64,000 bases of DNA from Rhodospirillaceae bacterium (GCA_016712715.1 JADJQM010000001.1:1811094-1875093), one strand, 5' to 3'. Shown: positions 49,478 through 60,455, counted from the stretch's first letter. Made by a program: numbers and translations. Notes: generated by a model from the letters alone, not told the origin.

Positions 49478-50403
49478 TTCTTGCTGTCGCGATCGGCCTT
49501 CAGCCAGCGGAAGAGTTCGTCCATGCGCCGCGCGCGCAAGGCGCCCACATCGCGCTTCGACCAGTCATAGATGCCCGGCATGCCGCTCTGTGTCATCAGG
49601 GCAGCGACCTTGTCGGGTGCCTGCGGTGCGGTCGAGAGATCCGGGATGAGCGAGTTGCCGAAATTCACCATGGTGGCAAGCCCGCCGATATCAGCCGATT
49701 CAATCGGCCCGGTGATGCCGATGCGCCGCCCGAACGAGGCGCGCACGACCGCATCGATGGCCTCCGCCGAAGCGATACCCTCCGCCCAGAGCGCCCAGGC
49801 CTCGCGCAGCAGCGCAAATTGCAGCCGGTTGCCGATGAAGCCTTTGACTTCCTTCTCGATCACCACCGGTTCCTTGCCCGTGCCGCGGATGAGCGCCACG
49901 GTACGTGCCAGCACGTCGGGCGAACAGAACGGCCCGCCGCACACCTCGACCAGGGGGATGAGCTGCGGCGGATACCAGAAATGGGTGGCGATCACGCGGT
50001 TGCGGTGCTTGACGTTGGCGACCAAGGCACTCGCCGGCTGGCCGCTCGACGAGGCGAGAATGGTCGTTGGCGGACACATCGCATCCAGCTCGCCGAAGAT
50101 CTGGAGCTTCAGCGGCAGATCTTCGGTCACCGCCTCGATCACCAGATCGGCGCCCTTGGCATCCGTGAGCTCTGTGCTGAGGGTGATGCGGCCGGGAACG
50201 GCCTTGGCTTCCTCGGCCGTGAGCAAACCATGGCGCACGAACTCGGCGAGGCTCTCCTGCATTTTTCCGATGGCGGCATCGAGGCTGGCGCGATTGCGCC
50301 CGATCAGCGTCACTTTGTGCCCGGCGCTGGCAAACACCTGCGCCACGCCATGCCCGATGATCCCGTTGCCGATGACGGCAATCTTCTCCGCGCCCATCCC
50401 CAA
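49474..50403 (-). CDS. 3-hydroxyacyl-CoA dehydrogenase family protein
   Basis: ORF 49474..50403. IAVIGNGIIGHG NAD-binding fold plus a C-terminal HCDH domain. The stop overlaps the downstream start. Confidence 0.8.
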   Translation of the reverse strand: MGMGAEKIAVIGNGIIGHGVAQVFASAGHKVTLIGRNRASLDAAIGKMQESLAEFVRHGLLTAEEAKAVPGRITLSTELTDAKGADLVIEAVTEDLPLKLQIFGELDAMCPPTTILASSSGQPASALVANVKHRNRVIATHFWYPPQLIPLVEVCGGPFCSPDVLARTVALIRGTGKEPVVIEKEVKGFIGNRLQFALLREAWALWAEGIASAEAIDAVVRASFGRRIGITGPIESADIGGLATMVNFGNSLIPDLSTAPQAPDKVAALMTQSGMPGIYDWSKRDVGALRARRMDELFRWLKADRDSKK

Positions 50404-50468
50404 CCTCCAGCCCGGTAAATTCAGGGCTGGAGGCTAGGATGGATGACGCATCCTGGTCGAGGGAAATC

Positions 50469-52643
50469 TTAAGAAGCGCGCACTTCCGCGATGAAGCTCT
50501 CGACCTCGCGGTTGAGGGACTTCGCCTGCTCCGCCATCATTTCGGCAGCGCTCAGCACGCCGGCTGCCGTGTCGCGGGCGGACAGCACGGCGGTTTCGAC
50601 GCCGTTGATGTTCTGCCGCACCGATTGCGTGCCGCCGGAGGCGGCCTGGGCGTTGCTGGAAATCTCGCGCGTCGCCGCCGATTGCTCCTCGACCGCTGCC
50701 GCGATCGAGCTCGAGATCTCGTCGATCCGTTCGATCGTGCTGGTGACGGTGGCCATCGCCTTCGCAACACCATCGGTCGAGCTTTGGATCGCCTGGATTT
50801 CGACCGAGATGCCTTCGGTGGCCTTGGTTGTCTGGCTGGCCAGCGCCTTCACCTCATTGGCGACGACGGCAAAGCCCTTGCCGGCTTCCCCGGCGCGCGC
50901 CGCCTCGATGGTGGCGTTGAGCGCCAGCAGATTGGTCTGTTCGGCGATGGCAGTGATGAGCTTCACCACTTCGCCGATGCGTTCCGAGACCACGACAAGA
51001 TTCTTCATCGTGTCATTGGCTTTGCCGATCTCGCCCACCGCGGTGCGGGCGACGTCGGAGGAACTGGCGACCTGGCGGCTGATCTCGCTGATCGAGGCGG
51101 AGAGCTGTTCGGCCGCCGCCGCCACCGCGTCGACGCTGCCGGACGCATTGTCGGTCGCCCCCGATGCTTCGCCGATCTTCTGTGTCGCCCCTTCCGCCAC
51201 GTCCGACATGGACTTCGCGTGAGTCTGCAATTGCTGGGCTGATTTGGTGACGCTGTCGACCACGGTCTTCACCGACCGTTCGAAGCCGTTGGCGAGTTGC
51301 TGCATGGCTTCGCGCTTTTCCACCTCGGCGCGTTCGGCGGCCTTCTGCTGCTCGGCTTCCAGGCGCAGTTTGTCCTGCTGGCCATGCTTCAGCACCTCGA
51401 CCGCGCGGGCGAGTTCGCCGATCTCGTCGCCGCGTTCGACACCCTTCACATCGGCGCTGAAATTGCCCTCCGCCACCTCGCTGGTGACATGGGCCAGGGC
51501 CACGATCGGCTTGGCGATGCGGCTGCCGACCCAGGCGAACATGATGGCGCCAAGGAGCAGCGCCACGCCGACGATGGCGATGATCGTGTAGATGAGTTCA
51601 TTGGCACCCTTGAGCACGGTCGCGACCGGCACCTCGATCATCAGGGTCCACACTTCGCCGGGACCCCGGAAGGTGATCGGCGCGAACACGACGAAATGCT
51701 CGCCGCTGGCATCGATCTGCATTACCGGCTCGGTCGATTTGCTGGCGAGGAATGCGTCATACATCGGCTTGAGATCGGCTTCAGGCTCAAACGCCGCATC
51801 CTTCTCCATGGCAATCATCTGGCCGATGCGCTTGGCATCGGGATTGGCGGCCCACTGGCGGTCATGGCTGAGCAGCATGACGCGACCGTCGCCCATCGGC
51901 TTGATGGCGTTGAGAGTCTCGGCGACCTTGGTCAGCGGCAGATCGATGGTGGCGATGCCGAAGCCCTTGCCGTCGCTCATCATGGGCACGCTGATGGTCG
52001 ACATCAGCACGTCGACGCCATCGACGGGATATATATAGGGCGCCGTCAGCATCGTGTGGCCGGCCTGGAGCGGATCGAGGTACCAGCTTTTAATGCCGGC
52101 CTCGATGGTCATGACCAGCGGAACGATCGCCACACCCTTTTCAGCATTGTTGTAGTAATAGGGTACGAACCGCCCGGTCTCATTCTGCTCCGGTGCAGCA
52201 CCTGTTTCAGAATCGACGAAGAAGGGGACATAGGCACCTGTTTCGTCTTTTGCCGGCACTTTGCCGGCGAAGGCGGCGTCATCGTCATAGCCGTTCGGCT
52301 CGAATGCTACCGTCGTGCCGACGAATTCCGGATGCGCTCTGATGATGGGGACAGCGAGGTCCTTGATGTAGGTGCGCGGCAGCTTGCCGACCTTGGCGCC
52401 TTCAATGGTGCGGCCCACTGTTTCGGCAACGTCGATGGCCGATTGAATAAAGCCCGTTACCTCGCGGCCCGTACCGATGGCGATGGCGCTGAGATTGGCA
52501 GCCGCATCTTTTTTGGCCTGATCATAGGCCATATAGCCGGCAACGCCGCCAGCCCCCACGATGCCGACCAGCAGCACCGCAATTCCCGACAGCATGACGC
52601 GCGCGCGCAGGCCGATACGGCCCGATTTTGACCCAGCAGACAT
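50469..52643 (-). CDS. Methyl-accepting chemotaxis protein with Cache-like periplasmic sensor
   Basis: ORF 50469..52643. TM, a periplasmic domain of about 300 aa, TM, HAMP, then the conserved signalling hairpin [35 protein letters not shown]. Confidence 0.92.
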   Translation of the reverse strand: MSAGSKSGRIGLRARVMLSGIAVLLVGIVGAGGVAGYMAYDQAKKDAAANLSAIAIGTGREVTGFIQSAIDVAETVGRTIEGAKVGKLPRTYIKDLAVPIIRAHPEFVGTTVAFEPNGYDDDAAFAGKVPAKDETGAYVPFFVDSETGAAPEQNETGRFVPYYYNNAEKGVAIVPLVMTIEAGIKSWYLDPLQAGHTMLTAPYIYPVDGVDVLMSTISVPMMSDGKGFGIATIDLPLTKVAETLNAIKPMGDGRVMLLSHDRQWAANPDAKRIGQMIAMEKDAAFEPEADLKPMYDAFLASKSTEPVMQIDASGEHFVVFAPITFRGPGEVWTLMIEVPVATVLKGANELIYTIIAIVGVALLLGAIMFAWVGSRIAKPIVALAHVTSEVAEGNFSADVKGVERGDEIGELARAVEVLKHGQQDKLRLEAEQQKAAERAEVEKREAMQQLANGFERSVKTVVDSVTKSAQQLQTHAKSMSDVAEGATQKIGEASGATDNASGSVDAVAAAAEQLSASISEISRQVASSSDVARTAVGEIGKANDTMKNLVVVSERIGEVVKLITAIAEQTNLLALNATIEAARAGEAGKGFAVVANEVKALASQTTKATEGISVEIQAIQSSTDGVAKAMATVTSTIERIDEISSSIAAAVEEQSAATREISSNAQAASGGTQSVRQNINGVETAVLSARDTAAGVLSAAEMMAEQAKSLNREVESFIAEVRAS

Positions 52644-52752
52644 GATCTCTCCCCCAATACAATCCTGGGGATATGTTGGGACAAGATACTTAACTGTCGA
52701 TTAATATGAGGAATGTCGCCAGGGCAGCCGCCGAAATTTCACATTCAGCGGC

Positions 52753-54147
52753 TTAGAGATCGAGCTGGTGGCTCTCGCCGGAGAATTCGCACACGCCGCC
52801 CGGGACGCCGGATTCATCCGCTGAATTGTGCCACATGCCGGGCAGGAACAGCGGCTTGTTCTTCTGGATGGGCGCGTTGGAGACGAGGCGCTGCTGCTTG
52901 CCGTCCTTGGCTTGCGAATAGACGACGCCCACGCCATAGACGAGGGCCGCCTCATCCTCCCAGGCGAGCCGGAGCACGGTTACATCGTGCCCCAATTCGT
53001 CCTTGCCCGGCCAAGTGGAGACACTGGGCAGCGACGGCATCTTGCCCATGCCGGTTTCGACCTTGCCGTCGAGCGTGATGCCGATCTGGAAATACGAACG
53101 TTCCGGACCCGCCGACGCATCGCCGTCGAACAGCTCGCCCTCGGCCGCGGTCCAGATCTCGACATGGGGCGCCTTGATCCAGGATTTGCCGGCGGCAGCC
53201 TTGGCAGCCGTCGCCGCCAGCGGATCGCGGATCTGGATGAGGAGCGACCGCGTGCTCTCGCCGATGACGCGCAGTTCCGCGGCGTCCTCCCCTGTCGCCG
53301 GCTTGCCGTGGATGAGGAAGCCCTGGCTGCCGTCGCTCCTGAGGCTGAGGCCGCAGGTGCCCAAGGTCGTGCCTTCGGGCAAGGCGCTGGCCCCGAGATC
53401 GAAGGGCACCGGCACGGCATAGGCAGCGACCGTGTCGGAGGAAGGCTGCGGCTCAAGTGGTTTCTGGAAATCGACCGCCGGCATCGGGCAGCCGATCTCC
53501 GCGTCGCTCCAATCGTCGCGCGGCGCCGGCGCATAGGCGCGGGCCTCCAGCGTGCGGCGGTCGACCGCCATGAACGCGCCGGTATTCGGGGCGGCATTGT
53601 GATAGGAGCAACTATCCTCGGCGATCAGTGCCAGCGGCGAGAGCTGGAACGTCTTGTTCTCGGTCCAGCGCCAGGCGGACCCACCGCCTTGCGTATGGGT
53701 CAGCCGGTTGTCGGCAATGGTGATGTCGTCAAAGCCCATCATCGCCGAGCCGTAACCGTCATTGCACAGCGGCAGCAGCTTCACGGGTTGGTCACCCTCC
53801 GCCAGCAGCCAGATCTCGCGCCCGCCATCCATCTGGTCCATGGCTTCCAGCGCCGCATCGGTCGAGCGGCAGCCTTCCTCCGGGAAATAATTGGGAATGT
53901 CGGCGAGGCCGAATACCAGATCGGCGATGCGCAGCCGCTCGCCCTTCGCACCCGTCCCGGCATCGCTTACCGCGACCACAGCGCAGGTCGGGCGGTCCTG
54001 GCACAGGATCTTTTTTTCATCCGGGGTGAGATCAGCGGCCAGGGCCGAGCCGATGGCACCCAGCAGCAGGATGATGGCAAGGAGAGCGGCAAGGGGGAGG
54101 CGCTCAAGAAGCGGGCGGCGCTGTGGGTTGATGTGACGGTTGGTCAA
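52753..54147 (-). CDS. Hypothetical secreted protein (464 aa, no recognised domain)
   Basis: ORF 52753..54147. Signal/anchor LPLAALLAIILLLGAIGSALA and several Cys residues. It is co-directional between mobA and the MCP gene. Confidence 0.55.
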   Translation of the reverse strand: MTNRHINPQRRPLLERLPLAALLAIILLLGAIGSALAADLTPDEKKILCQDRPTCAVVAVSDAGTGAKGERLRIADLVFGLADIPNYFPEEGCRSTDAALEAMDQMDGGREIWLLAEGDQPVKLLPLCNDGYGSAMMGFDDITIADNRLTHTQGGGSAWRWTENKTFQLSPLALIAEDSCSYHNAAPNTGAFMAVDRRTLEARAYAPAPRDDWSDAEIGCPMPAVDFQKPLEPQPSSDTVAAYAVPVPFDLGASALPEGTTLGTCGLSLRSDGSQGFLIHGKPATGEDAAELRVIGESTRSLLIQIRDPLAATAAKAAAGKSWIKAPHVEIWTAAEGELFDGDASAGPERSYFQIGITLDGKVETGMGKMPSLPSVSTWPGKDELGHDVTVLRLAWEDEAALVYGVGVVYSQAKDGKQQRLVSNAPIQKNKPLFLPGMWHNSADESGVPGGVCEFSGESHQLDL

Positions 54148-54171
54148 GATGAATCCTGCGGAAAGGGCCGT

Positions 54172-54879
54172 TCAGATCTGCTGGCGGCGCGGCTGCGCCC
54201 ACAGGCGCTCGGCCACGGCCAGATCCTCCGGCGTGTTGGCGTTGAAGAATGGGTCGACGGCGCCGCCCGGAAAGTTCACGGCACCTTCAAAATTTACCGC
54301 GACAGTGCGATGGCGGTCACAGAAGGCCTCGACCTTGCGCAGATGCTCGAGCGCCAGCGCCTTGCGGAGATCCATCCGGAGACTCACCCGCCACAGGCCG
54401 ATAACCGGGTGCCGGCGCCCATTGCTTTCCGCGATCGCGATCTCGGCGCCCTCCGCCATCGTGGGTAGCAGGCGCGAAACCAGGTCCAGCGGCAGGAACG
54501 GACAATCGGTCGAGACCGTGAGCACATAGTCGATTTGCCGCCCACCCGTCTCGAACCCGTGTGCCGGGCGCGCCTGCAGCGCCGCCCAGTCGAGGCCGGC
54601 GAGGATGCCCGCGAGCGGTCCCGGCTGGCCGGCGATGTCGTCGGGCACCACCGGCAATCGGTAGCTGTCGAAACGCGCGGCGTGGCCGTTGGCATTGATC
54701 ACCAGCCCCGTCACCTGCGGCCGGATACGTTCGATGACATGATCGAGGATCGGCCGGCCGGCAAGGCTCCGCAGGCATTTGTCGCCGCCCCCCATGCGCG
54801 ACGATTTCCCGCCCGCCAGCAGGATGGCGGGGATGGCGGGTTTCAGGGGAGTTGGCTCCGCGGCGCGGGTCTCTTGCAT
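54172..54879 (-). CDS. mobA: Molybdenum cofactor guanylyltransferase MobA
   Basis: ORF 54172..54879. LLAGGKSSRMGG-DK motif. The 5' end overlaps the upstream hydroxylase gene by 37 nt, so the true start may lie further downstream. Confidence 0.85.
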   Translation of the reverse strand: MQETRAAEPTPLKPAIPAILLAGGKSSRMGGGDKCLRSLAGRPILDHVIERIRPQVTGLVINANGHAARFDSYRLPVVPDDIAGQPGPLAGILAGLDWAALQARPAHGFETGGRQIDYVLTVSTDCPFLPLDLVSRLLPTMAEGAEIAIAESNGRRHPVIGLWRVSLRMDLRKALALEHLRKVEAFCDRHRTVAVNFEGAVNFPGGAVDPFFNANTPEDLAVAERLWAQPRRQQI

Positions 54880-55628
54880 GGGTCTGCTTGGGGGCGCTTG
54901 AGGACGTCCTGGAACAGCATCATAGCAAGCAATCGCTGCTCCTGTCCATCCTCGAAACCGCAGCTCCGCTCAAAACTCGCCGGATTCTCATAAGTCCCAA
55001 ACAGCATGTCCCACCAGGTGATGTCGCCGTAATTGTTCCGGTGGCGGCGATGCTGGTGATGGATGCGGTGCATCTCCGGCCGCTGGAAGAAGAACCCGAC
55101 CCAGCGCGGCGTCCGGATGCTGGTGTGGTAGAAAAACTCTCCCAGCGCCGTGCACAGCGTATAGATGGCGCCAGCCTCCGGCGACAGGCCCAGCACCGCA
55201 TAGACCAGGCAGCTGCCGATCAGTGAATTGACGATCATCTCGATTGGGTGCTTGTAGAACGAGGTGATGACCTCGATCCGCTGCGGACTGTGATGGATCT
55301 GGTGGAACAGCCGCCACAGCAGCCAGGATTCATGGCGCCAGCGATGCCACCAGTAGAAGATGAAAGTGGCGATGACATAGGCGAGAAGCCCGCCGGCCAC
55401 GGTACCGATTTCCCGGTCGAGGTCGATGAGCGACCAGCGTGCAAACCAGCTCTCCCAGCTCCACCCCGCCAGCAGGACGACGCCGAGTTGCACGAGATTG
55501 AGTGCAACGACCCGCTGCGGCCAGCCGCGCACCCGTGGCAGAGCCCAGCCGGCAAAGACCCGCTCCAGGACAAAACAGGCGGCGAAAACCGCGAAGATGG
55601 CGACCAGCATGGCGATCCCCTCAGGCAT
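54843..55628 (-). CDS. Fatty acid hydroxylase / sterol desaturase family membrane protein (second copy)
   Basis: ORF 54843..55628. Histidine boxes WWHRWRHE, HQIHHS and HRIHHQH. Confidence 0.8.
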   Translation of the reverse strand: MPEGIAMLVAIFAVFAACFVLERVFAGWALPRVRGWPQRVVALNLVQLGVVLLAGWSWESWFARWSLIDLDREIGTVAGGLLAYVIATFIFYWWHRWRHESWLLWRLFHQIHHSPQRIEVITSFYKHPIEMIVNSLIGSCLVYAVLGLSPEAGAIYTLCTALGEFFYHTSIRTPRWVGFFFQRPEMHRIHHQHRRHRNNYGDITWWDMLFGTYENPASFERSCGFEDGQEQRLLAMMLFQDVLKRPQADPCKRPAPRSQLP

Positions 55629-55740
55629 TGGATCGCCGAAGCCTAGGCAGCGTCCGCACCGCCATCAATCGGCCGAATGCGAGACTCGTTCACATAGCAA
55701 TCGGCACATCGACCCGGCTACATCCCGCCGATCTGGCCTT

Positions 55741-55791
55741 CAAAACGACGAAGCGCGCCGGCCCAGGGTGTAACCCGGGACCGGCGCGCTT
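55741..55791 (-). terminator. Rho-independent terminator after recA
   Basis: Perfect 11-bp stem AAGCGCGCCGG...CCGGCGCGCTT, followed on the minus strand by CGTCGTTTTG. Confidence 0.6.
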
Positions 55792-55846
55792 GCCGGAGAG
55801 AGAAGCGGGCCGCCGCACCATCAGCGTGGCGCGGCGGCGATCTCAG

Positions 55847-56932
55847 TTATGCGTCCTCGTCGACCTTGTCGCCGCCGCTCGAATCCATCATCGCCCCAGC
55901 GACGAGACCGGCATTGGCGCGGATCTTCTGTTCGATCTCCTTCGCCATGGCCGGATTGTCGCGCAGGAAGCTCTTCGCGTTCTCGCGCCCCTGGCCGATG
56001 CGCTGGGTGCTGTAGGAGAACCAGGCGCCGGATTTCTCGACCACGCCGGCTGCGACCCCCAGATCGATGAGTTCGCCCATCTTGGAGATGCCTTCGCCAT
56101 ACATGATGTCGAATTCGACGACCCGGAAGGGCGGGGCCAGCTTGTTCTTGACCACCTTCACCTTGGTCTGGTTGCCGACCACGGTTTCCTTGTCCTTGAT
56201 GGCGCCGATACGGCGGATGTCGAGGCGGACCGAAGCGTAGAATTTGAGAGCGTTGCCGCCGGTCGTGGTTTCCGGGTTGCCGAACATGACGCCGATCTTC
56301 ATGCGGATCTGGTTGATGAAGATGACCATGGTCTTTGAGCGGCTGATCGAGCCGGTGAGCTTGCGCAGCGCCTGGCTCATCAACCGGGCATGAAGGCCGA
56401 CATGGCTGTCGCCCATCTCGCCCTCGAGTTCGGCCCGCGGCACCAGGGCCGCCACCGAATCCACCACCAGGATGTCGATGGCGCCGGAGCGCACCAGCGT
56501 GTCGGTGATTTCCAGGGCCTGCTCGCCGGCATCCGGCTGGGAGATCAGGAGGTCGCCGACATTGACGCCGAGCTTGGTGGCGTATGAAGGGTCGAGGGCG
56601 TGTTCCGCATCGATATAGGCGCAGGTACCGCCGGCCTTCTGGGCCTCGGCGCAGACCTGCAGCGCCAATGTGGTCTTGCCCGAGCTTTCCGGTCCGTAGA
56701 TCTCGACGATGCGCCCGCGCGGCAGGCCACCGATGCCAAGGGCGATATCGAGCCCCAGCGAACCCGTTGAAACAACTTCGGTTTCGACCGCCTGTTCGCT
56801 GCTGCCGAGGCGCATGATCGAGCCCTTGCCGAAGGCTCGTTCGATCTGCGCCAGCGCGGCGTCCAATGCCTTGTTCTTGTCCATGTTTTCTTTGCTGTCC
56901 CTGTCCGAAATCTTGACCACGTTCTGCGACAT
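55847..56932 (-). CDS. recA: Recombinase RecA
   Basis: ORF 55847..56947 trimmed to ATG 56932 (MSQNV). [22 protein letters not shown] and Walker [13 protein letters not shown]. Confidence 0.97.
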   Translation of the reverse strand: MSQNVVKISDRDSKENMDKNKALDAALAQIERAFGKGSIMRLGSSEQAVETEVVSTGSLGLDIALGIGGLPRGRIVEIYGPESSGKTTLALQVCAEAQKAGGTCAYIDAEHALDPSYATKLGVNVGDLLISQPDAGEQALEITDTLVRSGAIDILVVDSVAALVPRAELEGEMGDSHVGLHARLMSQALRKLTGSISRSKTMVIFINQIRMKIGVMFGNPETTTGGNALKFYASVRLDIRRIGAIKDKETVVGNQTKVKVVKNKLAPPFRVVEFDIMYGEGISKMGELIDLGVAAGVVEKSGAWFSYSTQRIGQGRENAKSFLRDNPAMAKEIEQKIRANAGLVAGAMMDSSGGDKVDEDA

Positions 56933-57302
56933 AAGTCTCTCTCCCACCTTAGATCACAGCACCGGATCAGTGACAAATCGGCGCCGAATGAGAGCCAATG
57001 TACAGGCTTTGTTCCGCTTGTAAAGACTTTAGATCGAAAAGAGAACGATTGCAGATTTTTTGTTCTTTTCCAGCTAGATATAGTATTCGTTCCTTGAGAA
57101 CGACCACAACGGGCAGCGCGACTCCGGGCGCAGCCGCCGGGGCGCCCCGGCACACGAATCGGCCAGCGCCGATTAATTGCCGCCACCCGCCCCGTGCGCG
57201 CGATGCGGGTGCCTCCATTTCCCCCCCCCAGTTGCGGCAAGGGGGGCACTTCCGGCAGGATGCAGCCCTTCGCCCCCAGCCACCCTCATACCGGGATACC
57301 CC

Positions 57303-57881
57303 ATGACCCTCTGGATCCTGCTCGGCCTTGCGATCGCCATCGTGATCTGGGGGATCGCTATCTACAACCGGCTGATCGCCCTGCGCACACAGGTCGCCAA
57401 TGGCTGGAGCCAGATCGATGTCCAGTTGAAGCGTCGCTACGACCTCATCCCCAATCTGGTCGAAAGCGCCAAGGATTACATGGGCTATGAGCAGGAGACG
57501 CTGAAGCAGGTCATCGAGGCGCGCAACAGCGCCATCACGGCCAATGCGGGGGGCGGCATGCCCAGCCAGGCCTCGGTGGCGGCGGAATCCGCCCTCACCG
57601 CCTCGCTCGGCCGCTTCTTCGCCCTCTCCGAGAACTATCCGAACCTGAAAGCCAACGAGACGGTGCAGAAGCTGATGGAAGAGCTCACCGGGACCGAGAA
57701 CAAGATCGGTTTTGCGCGGCAGTTCTACAACGACTCCGCGACCGCCTATAACACCGCCGTGCTGAGCTTTCCCAACAACCTGATCGCCGCCGGCTATAAA
57801 TTCGAGCTGGCCGAATTGTGGCGCGTGGCCGAGGCCGAGCGCGCCGCGATCGAGGCAACACCCAAGGTCGATCTGCGCTGA
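57303..57881 (+). CDS. lemA: LemA family protein
   Basis: ORF 57177..57881 trimmed to ATG 57303. N-terminal TM, then YNRLIALRTQVANGWSQIDVQLKRRYDLIPNLVE. Confidence 0.88.
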   Translation: MTLWILLGLAIAIVIWGIAIYNRLIALRTQVANGWSQIDVQLKRRYDLIPNLVESAKDYMGYEQETLKQVIEARNSAITANAGGGMPSQASVAAESALTASLGRFFALSENYPNLKANETVQKLMEELTGTENKIGFARQFYNDSATAYNTAVLSFPNNLIAAGYKFELAELWRVAEAERAAIEATPKVDLR

Positions 57882-57895
57882 GCGGGCCCGCGCCG

Positions 57896-58918
57896 ATGTC
57901 GGATGCCGGTGCCGCGTCGGCAGTTGCAGAAGCTGCATTGCTCGGCATTCACGGCACCGATTTCATCGCGGCCCAGGCCGCCAACCGACGCAACACCTGG
58001 GTCCTCATCCTCCTTCTCATCCTGCTCGGCTTTGCGCTGGGCTACGTCATCGGTTGGGCCATCGAGGCCTGGGGCACAGCGGATGACCGTCCGGTCGACA
58101 TCCTGGCGGTAAGCGGCGCGGGCTTGCTTGGCGGCGCCGTGCTGTCAGGCATCGGCCTCGTCTCCAGCGCCGCCACCTTGATGGCCGGTGATCGGATCGT
58201 GCTTGCCATGACCGGTGCAGGCGAAGTGGATGCCACGGCCGAACCCACCTTGCACAATGTGGTCGAGGAAATGGCGATCGCCGCCGGCCTCCCCAAGCCC
58301 AAGGTAGTGGTGATCGAGACCGATGCCTTGAATGCCTTCGCCACCGGCATGAAGACCGATGCGGCTACGATCGGCGTCACTCGCGGCCTCCTCAACACCT
58401 TGCCGCGCGAGCAGCTCCAGGCCGTGGTCGCCCATGAGATGGGCCATGTCCTCAACCTCGATACGCGCTACATGGCGGCGGTCGGCATCATGGTCGGGCT
58501 CATCGCCCTGGTGTCCGACATGGCCCTGCGCTCCCTGCGCTTTGGCGGCAGGTCGTCCGGTTCCGGCAGCCGGAAGAAGGGCGGCGGCGGCGCCGTCATC
58601 GTGCTCATCATCCTCATTCTCTTTGCCATTCTGGCACCGCTCGCGGCGCAGATGGTGCGCTTCGCCGTCTCGCGCCAGCGCGAGTTCCTGGCCGATGCGA
58701 CCTCCGTGCAGCTCACCCGCAATCCGCAGGGCCTCATCGCCGCCCTGCGCAGCCTCGGCGCCGGCGGCAAGGCACCGGAAATCGGCAATCGCGCCATCCA
58801 GCATCTCTTCATCGTCAATCCGCTCAAGGATTTCGCAACCGGCGGGTCGGCCCTCTTTGCCACCCACCCGTCGCTTGAGGAACGGATCACCCGGCTCCAG
58901 AACCTGGGCAAGATCTGA
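57896..58918 (+). CDS. M48-family (HtpX-like) zinc metalloprotease
   Basis: ORF 57818..58918 trimmed to ATG 57896. TM segments and zinc motif HEMGHV. It starts 14 nt after the lemA stop. Confidence 0.85.
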   Translation: MSDAGAASAVAEAALLGIHGTDFIAAQAANRRNTWVLILLLILLGFALGYVIGWAIEAWGTADDRPVDILAVSGAGLLGGAVLSGIGLVSSAATLMAGDRIVLAMTGAGEVDATAEPTLHNVVEEMAIAAGLPKPKVVVIETDALNAFATGMKTDAATIGVTRGLLNTLPREQLQAVVAHEMGHVLNLDTRYMAAVGIMVGLIALVSDMALRSLRFGGRSSGSGSRKKGGGGAVIVLIILILFAILAPLAAQMVRFAVSRQREFLADATSVQLTRNPQGLIAALRSLGAGGKAPEIGNRAIQHLFIVNPLKDFATGGSALFATHPSLEERITRLQNLGKI

Positions 58919-59091
58919 TCTGCCACGCCCGGTAAATTATCCATTCCTATCAATGCGATGAAAAGCGGGCCGCCGGCGCTGGGCGGGCCACGGCGGACAC
59001 CAAGCCATCCGCTGGTTTACTAACCCTGGCCCACCTGCTAGAAACCGCCCGCTTTTCCAGACAACAATTCAAGACTGATCAGGTTGACGCC

Positions 59092-59658
59092 ATGAAGATC
59101 AACGGCAATGCCATTCGCCCCGGCAACATCATCGAACATCAGGGCCGCCTCTGGCGCGCCGTGAAGACCCAGCATGTGAAGCCGGGCAAGGGCGGCGCCT
59201 TCCTGCAGGTCGAGTTGAAGGACATCCGCGACGGGACCAAGCTCAACGAGCGCTTCCGCTCCTCGGACACCGTCGACCGCGTCCGCCTCGACGAAAAGGA
59301 ATACCAGTTCCTGTTCTCGTCCGGCGAGGACTACACCTTCATGGACAACAACACCTTCGAACAGCTGACCCTCAACGCCGATCTCATCGGCGAGCCGGTG
59401 GTCTACCTCACCGAAGGCATGGTGGTGACGGTCGAGAGCTACGAAGACTCCCCTATCTCGGTCACCCTGCCCGAAACCGTGGTCTGCCTCATCACCGAGG
59501 CCGATGCCGTGGTGAAGGGCCAGACCGCCTCCTCCTCCTACAAGCCCGCGGTGCTCGAGAACGGCGTCCGCGTCCTGGTGCCGCCCCATGTCGGCGCCGG
59601 CACCCGGATCGTGGTCCGCACCGCGGATTCCGAATATATGGAACGCGCGAAGGACTAA
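59092..59658 (+). CDS. efp: Elongation factor P
   Basis: ORF 59092..59658. The loop VKPGKGGAF. Confidence 0.96.
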   Translation: MKINGNAIRPGNIIEHQGRLWRAVKTQHVKPGKGGAFLQVELKDIRDGTKLNERFRSSDTVDRVRLDEKEYQFLFSSGEDYTFMDNNTFEQLTLNADLIGEPVVYLTEGMVVTVESYEDSPISVTLPETVVCLITEADAVVKGQTASSSYKPAVLENGVRVLVPPHVGAGTRIVVRTADSEYMERAKD

Positions 59659-59666
59659 ACCCGGCC

Positions 59667-60455
59667 ATGGCGATGCGTTCTCCCCTGATCAATGTGATGT
59701 GCAAGGCGGCCGACAAGGCTGCCCGCGGCCTGCGTCGTGATTTCGGCGAGGTCGAGCAATTGCAGGTCTCGCAGAAGGGTCCGGCGGACTTCGTCAGCAA
59801 TGCCGATCACAAGGCCGAAGCCATCATCAAGGAAGAGCTGAAGAAGGCCCGGCCGAATTTCGGCTTCCTGATGGAAGAAAGTGGCGTGGAAGTCGGCCCC
59901 GATCCGGATACGCGCTGGATCGTCGATCCGCTCGACGGGACGACCAATTTCCTTCACGGCATTCCGCATTTCTGCATCTCGATCGGCCTCGAAGTGAAGG
60001 GCGAGATGACGGCGGGCGTGATCTTCGATCCGATCAAGGACGAGCTCTTCTATGCCGAGAAGGGTGCCGGCGCGTTCCTCAACGACCGCCGCATCCGCGT
60101 CTCCGGCCGCAAGAATTTGAACGAGAGCCTGCTCGCGACCGGCATCCCGTTCCGCGGTCACGGCAATATCGAACGTTTCCAGAAGCAGATGGACAAGACG
60201 ATGCGCGAGACCGCCGGTGTCCGCCGCTTCGGCGCCGCCGCCCTCGACCTCGCTTATGTCGCCTGCGGCCGCTACGAAGGCTTCTGGGAAGAGTTCCTCT
60301 CGCCCTGGGATATCGCGGCGGGCATCCTGCTGGTCAGGGAAGCCGGTGGCTATGTCAGCGACTTCAAGGGCAAGCCCGTGAGCCTCGCCAATGGCGAGAT
60401 TCTGGCGACCAACAACACCCTTCACGCCCCGATTCAGAACCTGATCGGCCACTGA
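59667..60455 (+). CDS. suhB: Inositol monophosphatase family protein
   Basis: ORF 59667..60455. WIVDPLDGTTNF and WDIAAG motifs. Confidence 0.9.
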   Translation: MAMRSPLINVMCKAADKAARGLRRDFGEVEQLQVSQKGPADFVSNADHKAEAIIKEELKKARPNFGFLMEESGVEVGPDPDTRWIVDPLDGTTNFLHGIPHFCISIGLEVKGEMTAGVIFDPIKDELFYAEKGAGAFLNDRRIRVSGRKNLNESLLATGIPFRGHGNIERFQKQMDKTMRETAGVRRFGAAALDLAYVACGRYEGFWEEFLSPWDIAAGILLVREAGGYVSDFKGKPVSLANGEILATNNTLHAPIQNLIGH

